Shown: piece by piece, positions 25,984 through 37,292 of the stretch
Numbering within the stretch: position 1 is the stretch's first letter
Layout: the number at the start of each line of letters is the position of its first letter
NCBI GenBank assembly: GCA_964016885.1
Contig: OZ024749.1
Coordinates: 56,544,001 to 56,608,000 of the forward strand
Length of the DNA stretch: 64,000 nucleotides
Direction: 5' to 3'
Origin: Eledone cirrhosa
Lineage: Eukaryota
The notes under the pieces: generated by a model
The model's input: only the letters and a program-made list of their open reading frames with translations
Databases searched by the model: none
Told to the model about the DNA's origin: nothing
Position numbers and translations under genes: made by a program

Positions 25984-28771
25984 CTGAAAAGGAGAAAGAG
26001 TGAGTAAGAAACAGATATAGAGGAAGAATCTGGCCTGGTACTTTATTTTACCGGCCTCGAGAGGATGAAAAGAAACATGACCTCAGAGAGCCGAATCAAA
26101 TACCACAAGGTATTTTAGTCGATGTTCTGACGCCGCCACCAATTCGCTGCCTACACCAGTGAAATACATTAATCAATAGGCTATAATTTTGAAAACATGA
26201 AACGAAATATATATTTATGTCTACAAATGTCATCAACATTCATGAAACGATAAAAGTCATAAAATTATTTTAATTAGCGATGTAAACATTGCTTGAACTT
26301 AAATTGAGAAGATAAACGGAAATATTGATTAATATTAAGATGAATAGCTAAACACACTAAATAAAAAAGGAATTATATAAAAAGAGCCAGAGAAAGGTGC
26401 ACTAAATTTACTCTCATTTTCTGACACAGATTTTAAATGAAATATATTTATTTCTCTATTTTTTTCTATCGTATTTCGTTGGTGAACAATAATGTCAGTG
26501 GATGGTTAAAAGCTTCCAAAGATTTACTTTATCAACGCATTTCTGATCGCGTGTTTCTCAGTTAAATACATCAGGGTAAATGGTATACAATTTTATTCCT
26601 AATCCTCAGTTTTTCAGTTTTGTCGCCGTAGTATACACACATATAAACGGTAATATATCAACACACTCTAACACCTACACGCACACATAAACATATATGA
26701 ATGTGTATTTGTATGTACACAAACATATATAGATATATGTGTATTTGTATGAGCATGCACTTATATATATATTATACATATATGTAAAACGTAAACAGAA
26801 ATAATATATATATATATATATACATATATATATCAGGTAGGTTACTCAATCAGTATCTAGGTGCAGTGAATTTGAACCATCGTACCTCTACACTTGAATC
26901 TTTTCCTTTTGTTAACTCGACCAGCTTCTACTTTTCAAATAAAGGCTAGTGAGATTAACTTATTAAAAGATCAATTTAGTTTCAAGACTTAAGCTGAAAC
27001 CACGTCTAAACATTAAAATCCTCTCTCCTGCGTCTCAAGCTCTACCACGTGTGCTTTATTAACCTATCGTTTTTAGTCAGGCATTTCTGGAGATTGCTCC
27101 TGAAAATAAACAAATCTAATATTTTTTTCTTTAATCCTACCCACGTCAGATATTCAATTGTTTAGAGACATTGTACATTTATATTTTATCAAGTGAACTT
27201 AGTGACCAGGTATTTAGATACGAAAACAGGATTTCCACTTTAAGTTAACCCCACAAGACCGAGCCCAGCAAATATCGTACTCTACTTACTAATATAAATA
27301 AGTGTTTGCTAACCTTTATATAAAGATTGAATAATTAATCACGAGAAATCTATATCTTTTAACATCCACGACGCAGCATGCATAGACCTTTTATCTGATG
27401 CATCTAATCCCACTCGTGTGTTTCTTTAAGGGCATCAAGGAACCACCACCTCTTGCTAGTGAGTAAATAAAAATTCAACTAATATCAACGAATCTTTCAA
27501 AGGCTCCGTTAAATCCTAAAGTATGGGAGGGATTAACTCAATCGCTTTAACGTTCGCCCTAAAATGTATTATGTACTCATAACTAGATATAAACATTTTG
27601 GTTATTTAAAAAAAGAATTCTTTCCGCGATTTTTTTTTATTGTTTCATACACAATTCTCCACCACATGTAAAAGAAAAATATTGACTTAAATTTTCCGAA
27701 AGTGTGTGGTCATTTGACACTAATGTTGATATTACCGTGGGAAGAAGACGTCAATTTCCTTATAGACTTCAGTTAATTTTTGTTGTGTTTTGTGTGTATG
27801 TGTGTTTCGTTTTGTTTTGCTTTGCTTTTACCGCATTTGGTTCCTATATGGTGAGAGTTTGAATTACTTCTGCGAAACGGTTCTGTCGGTTTTAAATTAT
27901 ATATCAAAGACAAGAAAAAACACATGCACAGATACATGAAAGTAATTGACTTCATGACAAATAGATAAACTCGGGCCCCTATATCTGACATTATTAAATG
28001 GAATTAAGTTGCAAAATGTCATTTGGTTAACCTTTAATCAAGACACATGATCAGCACGAATATAAATCCCAGAGGTATACGGGCGTCAAGTATAATGCGA
28101 CCAGTGCAACTAAAAGCATTAATGCTCTGCAACCAAGTTCGATATACCCGATGCAGTGAAGGTCAAGGAAAGGTCAAGAGGATTGTTAGTTATAGATAAT
28201 GGTTAGCCTGCCATTTGTAGCTGTTCAAAGTGAAACATTTGTTGATTGACCATTCCTGCAAATAGACTTTCTGCTATCTGAATAATTTAAATGGAAACCT
28301 TAAATAATTCCTTTTCGCTTATTTAGACGGGGCATCATGCCGGATTAATCTGGATAGTGTTCTCTCTATGTTTGATTTATGACTAGAAGAGAGAGAGAGA
28401 GAGAGAGATGTGATCTTACAGATTGTAGTCTTAAGTGGTTTCACTACGGTTGTTCACTTTAGTTGGAGTGGCTGAAATCAATGACTGCCGGCTCAATATC
28501 TTATAGATATTCACCATACAAATGATATAGCTTCATTATTTAGATAGAAACAAAACCAAGCAGGAAATTCTGCAATATAATTGATAAAATAAACGTACAT
28601 AAAAATGATCTATAATAATTCTAACGTAGATAAAACTACAATTTCCACACAGTTATAAATAATATGTTATCTTCCTTTCATGATTTTCTGTAATATCTTA
28701 TGTTATATGTACGGAAAAAATAAGAAGCGCTTGTTTACACTTATTCACATTAGCAGCGAGTTCTAGAATTA

Positions 28772-28846
<75 letters not shown>

Positions 28847-28918
28847 TGCGTGTGTGTGTGTGTGTGTGTATGTATATATACATATATATATATATATGTG
28901 TGTGTGTGTGTATGAATG

Positions 28919-28955
<37 letters not shown>

Positions 28956-28985
28956 GTGTATATATATATATGTATATGTATATAT

Positions 28986-29017
<32 letters not shown>

Positions 29018-29164
29018 GTATATATATATACACATTGAAATTGTCTTCGATGTCCTGGTATAGAATATGTTGCTCATAAATCGTCACTATCTACAGGATG
29101 TGTCCCCCCAAAAATGTATTCAAACTTCAACAGCATTCTAATAAAAATATATAATTATGGCTTC

Positions 29165-29458
29165 TGATATAGGCACGAGACCGACAATTTTGGGGGGAGG
29201 GGAACGTCAATTAAATCGACCCCAATGCGTTACTGGTACTTTATTTTATCGACTACGCAAGGAAGAAAGGCAAAGCTAACCACGGCGGGATTTGAATTCA
29301 GAACGTGAAGAGACGTAACTAACAATTGTTTCTACTTTTGGCACAAGGCCAGCAATTACCCAGTGCATTACTGGTACTTTATTTTATCGACCCCGTAAGG
29401 ATGAAAGGCAAAGTTAACCTCGGCGGGATTTGAACTCAATCCGTAAAGGGACGTAACT
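29165..29458 (-). mobile_element. Two tandem SINE family B copies
   Basis: TTACTGGTACTTTATTTTATCGAC..AAGGCAAAG(C/T)TAACC(A/T)CGGCGGGATTTGAA occurs twice. A decayed plus-strand copy follows at ~29560-29678. Confidence 0.85.
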
Positions 29459-31769
29459 AATGATTTGTATTTATTATAATCTGGATATTAATACAGAAGA
29501 GAGTTTCTCAGATTAAATCCGCTCTTTAAGTTAATGGTTCTTATTTATTTAACCAAGAAGAAGCCAGCAAAGTTGCTGTGTTGTGGCTATGCAGCGTTCA
29601 GTCCGTTGCTGAAGCTCTGTGTTCAAACCCTGCGGAGGGCAACTTTTCCTTTTATCCTGATGGCCTGGATAAATAATTGTAATTTACCTGTCCGGCAAGG
29701 TAGGCTAATGGAAATTAAAGGGGTGGGAATATTTGGAAGAGGGAGTAGGAGAAGAATAAGAAGAAGGGGTGAAGGGAGAAGGATGAATGGTGAAGACGTA
29801 CAGGAAAACAAGTGGAAGGAATTTGGTAAAAATTAAGCAGAAATACGAGAAAGAGAATGAAGAATTAATATGAATGAATGTGATAAAGAAGGACAATAAA
29901 GGGAGAGGATATATTGAGAAAAGAGAAGAGATCTGGGAAAGGAGAATATGGAGAGAAAATAGAAGACAAAGAAGTAAAAGAAAAGAAGAACCACGAAATA
30001 GATAAAACAAAGAAAATAAAGAAGAAAAAAATAAACGAGGAAGATGATAAAGGAAAATTGAAGGAGAAAGAGAAAGAATATACGAGAGAAAGAAGAGGAG
30101 GATGGGAGGGGGGATATGAATAAGAATATATTCAAGAATTCCTAAAAGAATGACCGGATATATTGCTGAGAGTGAATATGAAAACAACGGCAGAGCGAGA
30201 TTTTCTAAAGGACATCTGTATTGAATGATGTCCAATGTCCAATATCCAGAAGAAATACGACGTTAATATTATTCTCTTCTGTAAATGGCAGCCCTGACAA
30301 TAGTATCTTGTAATTTAAGAATACAATGTATCTGAAAGGCTTGCTTAAGGCTCAGCGGAATATTAGAATCCCAGAACAATAAAAGCCTATCAATTATAAA
30401 GTCATACAATGCTTTGCTGGCTTCGATCGGCAAAATAATAACCACTTTTAAATTTCAGTGATATCAACGTATCTGTGAAGTAATTCGTGTGAAAATGATT
30501 ACTAAAAGTATATATTTCTATATTTTACTGTCATTTTGTATCTTATTTTGTTTATGTGGCGATTTCAACATTTAGATTCTAAGTCATTCTGTAAATATAT
30601 ATTTGAACAAATTATCTAAACCAATAATTATATATATATATATATATATACATACATACAGGGTGTTTAAAAAAAATTAGATATATATCATTTGAGATGT
30701 AAATATCTCTGAAGCTACAACTATATATATTGTGAATTGCTAATAGACTTGTTTCGTGCAGGAGATTTCTGTCGCACGAGATTATATCCTCGATATATTT
30801 TCAAATATTTTATAGTTAGAAGTCTTCTAGCATAGTTTTAAGTTGTTTATAAATGAAATCTAGTAGCCGGCAATTGTGTGTTTGCTAGTTTATTTTTATG
30901 TGTGTATGCCAGTGATTTCCTTTGTGTCATTGTTTGTGGTTACATGGCATGACCTAGCGCTTCGCCAACACGAGAATGATGGATTACTCGACTTGAAAAG
31001 ATATATATTGTGATTGATATGTTTGACTAATTCTTTTTAAGTTGGTGCTCCAGCATGGTCACCGCCTAATAAATAGTACCGTCAGAAAAATTGTAGACGC
31101 GAATAATACTAAATAATAATAAATTGTAAACTAGAATAAAAATAATTTCTACCCATCAAAGTTTAATGAAAATCAAAAGAAATAATGGAAAGTTTTCTGT
31201 CAGAATCCACACAAATTCTTCTATAGAATTTATTTGATACGTTTCTTGAAATTTTGGCAAAGCTTCTTAGATTTGATTCCTATATTTGGCTTTACGTTAA
31301 TTCCACTGCCATCATCAAGATTAAATGGAAAACAGACTCACAGGAATCCATGAGACTAACTCTAACATTTTAATTAAAATGTTCAGCTTCGTATTTCATG
31401 TATTTACACTAATAGTGTGTACGTGTGTATGAATATGTATATGTGTATGTATGTGCGTATATATGTGTATGTATGTGTGTATATATATGTGTATGTATGT
31501 GTATATATATATATATGTGTGTGTGTGTATATATGTGTGTATGTGTGTGTATGGTATTGTATGTGTATGTGTGTGTGGTATCAAATTACTTCTGGATATG
31601 GCTACGTTGTATAGAATTGTACTATAAATCTATCCGCTAAATATTATGAGAATCATTACATGTGTTTCTTATTTGTAGTCAAGCAACATCGGTTGACTTA
31701 GAGTTAAACGTTTTAGCAATGGAATCAATTGATTGCTAGAAACATGTAGCAAATTTCAACTGAGTTATA

Positions 31770-31885
31770 CTGGAGCAACGTGGAATGAAGTGTTTTGCTC
31801 AAGAACACAACACAGAACCCAGGAATCGAACCCACTAGATTATGATCGTAAGTCCAATCCCTTTACCACTAGGACAGGCAGCTCA
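31770..31885 (-). mobile_element. SINE family A head, decayed
   Basis: CTGGAGCAACGTGGAATGAAGTGTTTTGCTCAAGAACACAACAC..GGAATCGAACCC..TTACCACTAGG is the reverse complement of the family A head. Confidence 0.75.
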
Positions 31886-33330
31886 GTGTCACTAAAAGAG
31901 TTTTATCATTAATTCCACTAGTGTATGTGTGTGTGACAGCTCACACCTATGCAGGTTTGGCTGGCCTCCTCCTAGGTATATCTGGTTGGAGGTGTCTTGG
32001 GTGATTTAATGATAGGGACCCCAGTCCTATAGTGTATACCACTAGATACTTCAGAAGTGCAGAGGCAGTTGTAGTAGTGATCCGATAGGATTATCAAACT
32101 AGAGACTGTAGGTTGTTGTCTTACTGTATCAAATCAGTTAACCTTGAGCTATAGCTAGGCTGTTATACTACAACTCAAGTACTGGCATCTTCCTACACAG
32201 TGATATTGTATTCAGTGACAGTCACCCTAAACCCTAAACAATACTATTTACACAATCAGAATGTGATACCGTATTAAGTCAATGTATATATATCATACAT
32301 ATAATACTTTCTAAATTTATTAAAATAAAATGTAATAAGATTTCATTCCTCCTTCAAAATCACTTCAATTATTCTAATATTCACCATATTATGTTCATAT
32401 TAAGCAAGGTTTGTCCTTCTGCAGTCATCCCAGTTTCTCTCCTTGTAATCTTCTATCTTTGTATGTCACTTTATGTCCTTTCTTGTGGCTCTTTCGTTTT
32501 CTGTTTGTTTGTATCTCACCCTATCTCCTTTTAATCCTCTCCCTTTTCTCTCCTGATTATCTCCCTTTCACTTGTGACTCTCCGGCTGCTTCATTCCATA
32601 TCCTTGATTCACCACATCTCTCTCTGCTTCTCTTACTTTATCATTTGTCTTTCATTTTCGCTCACATTAATTAAATATTATAATCCAAAGCGTCATACAG
32701 CAGACAACTTTTGAAATTCAAGATACATGTTCAAAAGTCTCTCCTTTCCCTTCACTGCCGACTAATCTCTGCGGTTCCCTTTATGGAACTCGCCATTTTG
32801 TTGCTAATTTTGTATTTCTTCGGTTTATGGAATACTCATTCTCACACTTTCTTTTTCGTTTCCTATTTTTTTTTATCATTCTATCAATCTTCATCGTTCT
32901 GACATTCTCGCAACTCTTTCATATTTTCACCCCTACTCACCCACCCACCCTCTCTCTCACAATCTCTTACCTTCTCCCCTCTCTCTATCCCCCTCTAACC
33001 GTTTTTGTCCTCATATTTTTCGCTCAACTTTGTTCTACAAAGATGAAATGGGAAGATAATTTTTGAGAACCTAATTCAAGAATACAAAGATATTGTGTAT
33101 TTTATTTTTAAATTATATTTTTTTTATATTCATTTGAATTTATTTATTAATTCTATTTGTTCTAGCATTCAGACAAGTGAGATGGTCACGTGGTGTGCAA
33201 TGGTGTGGAATTATGACGTCATAACTTTTAAGAAACTCGGTTGATTTGCACAATTTTCCAACATAAGAAAATAATTTGTAAATAGGTCTAAACTAAAACA
33301 AAGTTAAACCAACACTATATTCTCCCCCCC

Positions 33331-33399
<69 letters not shown>

Positions 33400-33635
33400 G
33401 TATATATATATGCAGGATATAGACAGAATACATATATATATATGCTGAATATATATACAAACACACACACACATATATATGCAGGATATAGACAGAATAC
33501 ATATACATATATGCTGAATATATATACTAACACACACATATATATATATATGCAGGGTATATACAGAATATATATATATACAACAACAACAACAACAATA
33601 ATAATAATAATAATAATATTAATAATAATAATAAT

Positions 33636-36600
33636 GTGTTTGTTTGATTATGTGTGTCCGTATACAGCGTGGTGATAATGCCACACAAGGGCCAAGTGGG
33701 ATGGCGGATCCACAGATGGCTATGTAAACATACATTCGCCAATCCTCGATAAGAGTGTTTAAATATCGAACATAAACAGTTCGAATAACGGTGAAATGGA
33801 GACTAGAACGTCATGTGACAGACTCTCACCCAACAGGTGCCCCCTGGCTCAGCAGCAGGAACCTGACTGTCAACGAAATACTGCTGATGTTGGAGGAAGA
33901 AGAAGAAGGAAAGGGGCCAGAACCAACTGGACGAAAGAATTGAATAGAACTGTTATGCAATGCTACCTGAAAAGTAACCCCAAGGAGAGGGGCTACAGGA
34001 GACGGATGCATAACATCTGGAACGAGATTGGTTTATTTAAATTAGATGAACAAAAATTGGCCGGGCAGGCTCGGGTAATAAGAACTAATGGGTGGATAAG
34101 CGAGCTGGAACTGGAGGAACTGAGCAGAGAGAATGGCTTGGAGATGGCGGGTGTAGTATGCCAGACAAGCGAGCCGGCGGGAAATGAAGGTGAGGAGGTC
34201 CTGAGAGCGGAGGAACCACCCGAAGCAGACAATGATCTGAATACTGAGATAAATAATACCTGGAACAGAGATACGGCCACTGAGGAGATGAATGCTGACG
34301 GGCTAGGACAAGATTCGGTTGACATCCTAAATTTAGTGGTAGATGAGTTGAACAATGATAGTGGGAGACCTATGAACCTAAGATTTGTAGACAGGAAAAA
34401 GTTAAAAGAAACAACAGCTAAGGTAAACAAAGTCATCCCATACCTTGAGGCGAGGAGTCTTCACCAGTGCAACAATATCCTCAAAGCAACAGCAAATACG
34501 GTGAGGAAACTACTTGGTATAAAAGCGAGAGGAAACAACAGACAAGAAAGAGCAGAGCCGTGGTGGAAGAAGCGACTGAGTGGGCAAATCGGGGAAATGA
34601 GAAATGACATAGGAAAGCTTGAGTCACTACTGAATGGGACACTAAAAAACATAGGCACTAAAAATAGACTGGAAATAAAATACAAAACTAGGAGTAAAAA
34701 GCTAAATATTATCATAGAGGAATTGAAGCAACGCATTGTAGCAAAGAGTGCCAAAATCAGGCGATACGAGAACAGAGTCAGTCAGTATAAACAGAACCGC
34801 ATGTTCGACAACAACCAGAAGATGCTGTTTGGACAGCTTGAGGGGAACGAAAGAGGCACCGACTTGATCCCTGGGGCGGAACAAGCTAAAACATTCTGGA
34901 GAGGAATATGGGAGCAGGATGTTAGACACAATGCCCAGGCAGGGTGGATTGAGACAGTACAGAGGGAGATCGGTGAGCAGGCACAGCAACAGACTGATTT
35001 GAGTATCACAGTTGAAACTCTTAAGGGGCAAGCCAAAAAACTAACCAACTGGAAATCACCAGGCCCAGATGGTGTGCAGGGGTATTGGATTAAACATTTA
35101 ACATCCCTCCACCCGAAGCTGACGGCCATGTTCAATGACTGCTTGGTGTCGGGTGAGGTGCCAGAGTGGTTGACAAAAGGTACCACAGTTCTGATAATGA
35201 AAGACCAAATCAAGGGTAATGATGTTACCAACTATAGACCTATCACATGTCTGCCCGTAATGTGGAAACTGTTGACGAGCATTGTGTCTGAGGAAATCTA
35301 CCATCACCTCCACACAAACAACTTGTTGCCGGACGAACAGAAAGGATGCCGAAAGAAGTCACGTGGTACAAAGGACCAGTTGCTTATTGATAAGATGGTA
35401 ATGGGGAATTGCAGGAGGAGACACACTGATCTTGCCATGGGATGGATAGACTACAGAAAGGCATTTGACATGGTGCCTCATTCCTGGATCACCAAAAGCC
35501 TGGAGATCTTCAGGGTGGCAGATAACATCAGACAGTTGCTGGGCAGGAGTATGGGGTCCTGGGAGACAGAGTTGACATCAACTGGAGTATCCTTGGGAAG
35601 CGTGAAGATCAAGAGAGGTATCTTCCAGGGAGATAGCCTGTCCCCTCTGTTGTTTGTCCTTGCCCTGATGCCCTTGACCATTATGCTGCGAAAAGTGAGA
35701 GCAGGATACAAGTTGGGAAGGGGAGAGCTTACCATCAATCACCTCCTCTTCATGGACGATCTTAAGCTCTTCGGGAAAAGTGAGAAGGAGTTGGATGTGC
35801 TTGTTGACACTGTCCGTATTTTCAGCAGTGATATATGTATGCAGTTTGGTATTGGTAAATGTGGAGTCATTGTGATGAGGAGGGGTAGGTTGAGCAGAAG
35901 TAACGGGATCCAGATACCAACAGGTGAGATGATAAAGGAAATTGACTCTGAGGAAGGATACAAGTATTTGGGCGTTCTGGAGGCTGATGGCATAAAGAAC
36001 AAAAAAATGAAGGAATTGTTAAGAACTGAATACATTCGGAGAGTAAGGAGCGTATTGAAGTCACATCTGAACAGCAGAAATGCCATAAGCGCAGTAAATT
36101 CCCGAGCTGTGTCTATTATTAGGTACAGTGCGGGAATTCTGAGATGGAATGTTGCTGAACAAAAAGAAATGGATAGGAAGACTAGGAAGCTATTGACTAT
36201 CTACAACATGTTCCACAAGAGGAGTGATGTCGATAGACTCTACCTAAGGAGATCTGAGGGTGGAAGAGGTCTTATCAGCATAGAGGACTGTGTTCAGATG
36301 GAGAAAAACAACCTATACAAATACGTGACCTATAGTAAGGAGCCAATGCTCAGAGCTGTACTGAAGGAGGGGACAGTAGGCCAGGGGATACCCAAGGAGG
36401 AAATAACATCAAGGAGGAAGAGCAGCCTTAAGGGAAAATCCCTTCATAGTACCTTCTTTGAGAAAACTGAATTTAGAGATCCACAGACATGGAACTGGTT
36501 GAGAAGAGGAGACCTCAAAAAGGCTACAGAAGGAATGCTAATGGCTGCGCAGGAGCAGGCCCTCAAAACGAAGTGGTTGAAGCACCATATCTACAAGGAG

Positions 36601-37292
36601 GAGGCTAGCCCACTGTGCAGGATCTGTGGAGAGAGAGAGGAGACTGTGGCTCACATTGTGTCCGAGTGTAAACACCTAGCCCAGACCCACTATAAGGGCT
36701 GGAGACACGATGTGATGGGCAGGGTGATCCACTGGCACCTGTGCAAAGTAAACAATCTACCACATTCTGAGAAATGGTATGAGCATAGGCCAGAGGCGGT
36801 GATGGAGAACAATCAGGTGAAGGTGCTGTGGGATTTTAGGATACAGACGGACAAAAAACTGGAACACAATAGACCTGACCTGGTGGTTGTGGACAAAGAA
36901 AAAAGATCGTGCCTGATTGTGGATGTGGCCTGCCCGTTCGACACGAGAGTGCAAGAGAAGGAGAGGGAGAAAATTAACCGATACCAGGACCTAAAGTGGG
37001 AGGTGAAAAGGATTTGGAACTGCCATGAAGTCAAAGTGATCCCGATTGTCATAGGCGCACTGGGGACTATCTCCAAAGGTTTCCAGGGATGGTTAAAGAA
37101 AATCGGCCCCTTCACGCTTTTTGGAACGCTTCAAAAGGCATGCTTGCTTGGAACGGCAAGAACCCTCCGATACGTCCTGAATATCTGAGGCTGCAGGTAG
37201 TGGCTTGATATTCAATCCAACGGACTTTCCAGTTAACCAACATCAATGACTGAGATTCAAGGAATAACAATAACAATAATAATAATAATAAT
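33636..37292 (+). mobile_element. Full-length Dong/R4-like LINE inserted into a (TAA)n microsatellite
   Basis: ~160-bp 5' UTR starts right after the (CAA)n(TAA)n tract at 33581-33635. A ~75-bp 3' UTR ends in AATAAC/(AAT)n at 37263-37292. Clearly higher GC than the flanks. TAA-repeat targeting is the known property of Dong elements. Confidence 0.9.
33796..37188 (+). CDS. Single ORF of an R4/Dong-clade non-LTR retrotransposon: reverse transcriptase + CCHC zinc knuckle + restriction-like endonuclease (1130 aa)
   Basis: Uninterrupted ORF. RT motifs: KSPGPDG, NYRPITCL, WIDYRKAFDMVPHSW, RGIFQGDSLSPLLF, HLLFMDDLKLF, YKYLG, GGRGL. C-terminal CRICGEREETVAHIVSEC (CCHC), RHD, RPDLVVVDK..IVDVACP (PD-D), KINRYQDL, IPIVIGALG. 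N-terminal WTKELNRTVMQCY..YRRRMHNIW domain as in R4-type elements. No AP endonuclease. Confidence 0.96.
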   Translation: METRTSCDRLSPNRCPLAQQQEPDCQRNTADVGGRRRRKGARTNWTKELNRTVMQCYLKSNPKERGYRRRMHNIWNEIGLFKLDEQKLAGQARVIRTNGWISELELEELSRENGLEMAGVVCQTSEPAGNEGEEVLRAEEPPEADNDLNTEINNTWNRDTATEEMNADGLGQDSVDILNLVVDELNNDSGRPMNLRFVDRKKLKETTAKVNKVIPYLEARSLHQCNNILKATANTVRKLLGIKARGNNRQERAEPWWKKRLSGQIGEMRNDIGKLESLLNGTLKNIGTKNRLEIKYKTRSKKLNIIIEELKQRIVAKSAKIRRYENRVSQYKQNRMFDNNQKMLFGQLEGNERGTDLIPGAEQAKTFWRGIWEQDVRHNAQAGWIETVQREIGEQAQQQTDLSITVETLKGQAKKLTNWKSPGPDGVQGYWIKHLTSLHPKLTAMFNDCLVSGEVPEWLTKGTTVLIMKDQIKGNDVTNYRPITCLPVMWKLLTSIVSEEIYHHLHTNNLLPDEQKGCRKKSRGTKDQLLIDKMVMGNCRRRHTDLAMGWIDYRKAFDMVPHSWITKSLEIFRVADNIRQLLGRSMGSWETELTSTGVSLGSVKIKRGIFQGDSLSPLLFVLALMPLTIMLRKVRAGYKLGRGELTINHLLFMDDLKLFGKSEKELDVLVDTVRIFSSDICMQFGIGKCGVIVMRRGRLSRSNGIQIPTGEMIKEIDSEEGYKYLGVLEADGIKNKKMKELLRTEYIRRVRSVLKSHLNSRNAISAVNSRAVSIIRYSAGILRWNVAEQKEMDRKTRKLLTIYNMFHKRSDVDRLYLRRSEGGRGLISIEDCVQMEKNNLYKYVTYSKEPMLRAVLKEGTVGQGIPKEEITSRRKSSLKGKSLHSTFFEKTEFRDPQTWNWLRRGDLKKATEGMLMAAQEQALKTKWLKHHIYKEEASPLCRICGEREETVAHIVSECKHLAQTHYKGWRHDVMGRVIHWHLCKVNNLPHSEKWYEHRPEAVMENNQVKVLWDFRIQTDKKLEHNRPDLVVVDKEKRSCLIVDVACPFDTRVQEKEREKINRYQDLKWEVKRIWNCHEVKVIPIVIGALGTISKGFQGWLKKIGPFTLFGTLQKACLLGTARTLRYVLNI

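Noticed and set aside
28038-28159. Peptide ..SINALQPSSIY.., faintly FN3-like
   Set aside because: Too short, ends in a stop, no convincing splice sites.
33826-37115. Multiple minus-strand ORFs inside the LINE
   Set aside because: Shadow ORFs of the long sense ORF; no motifs.
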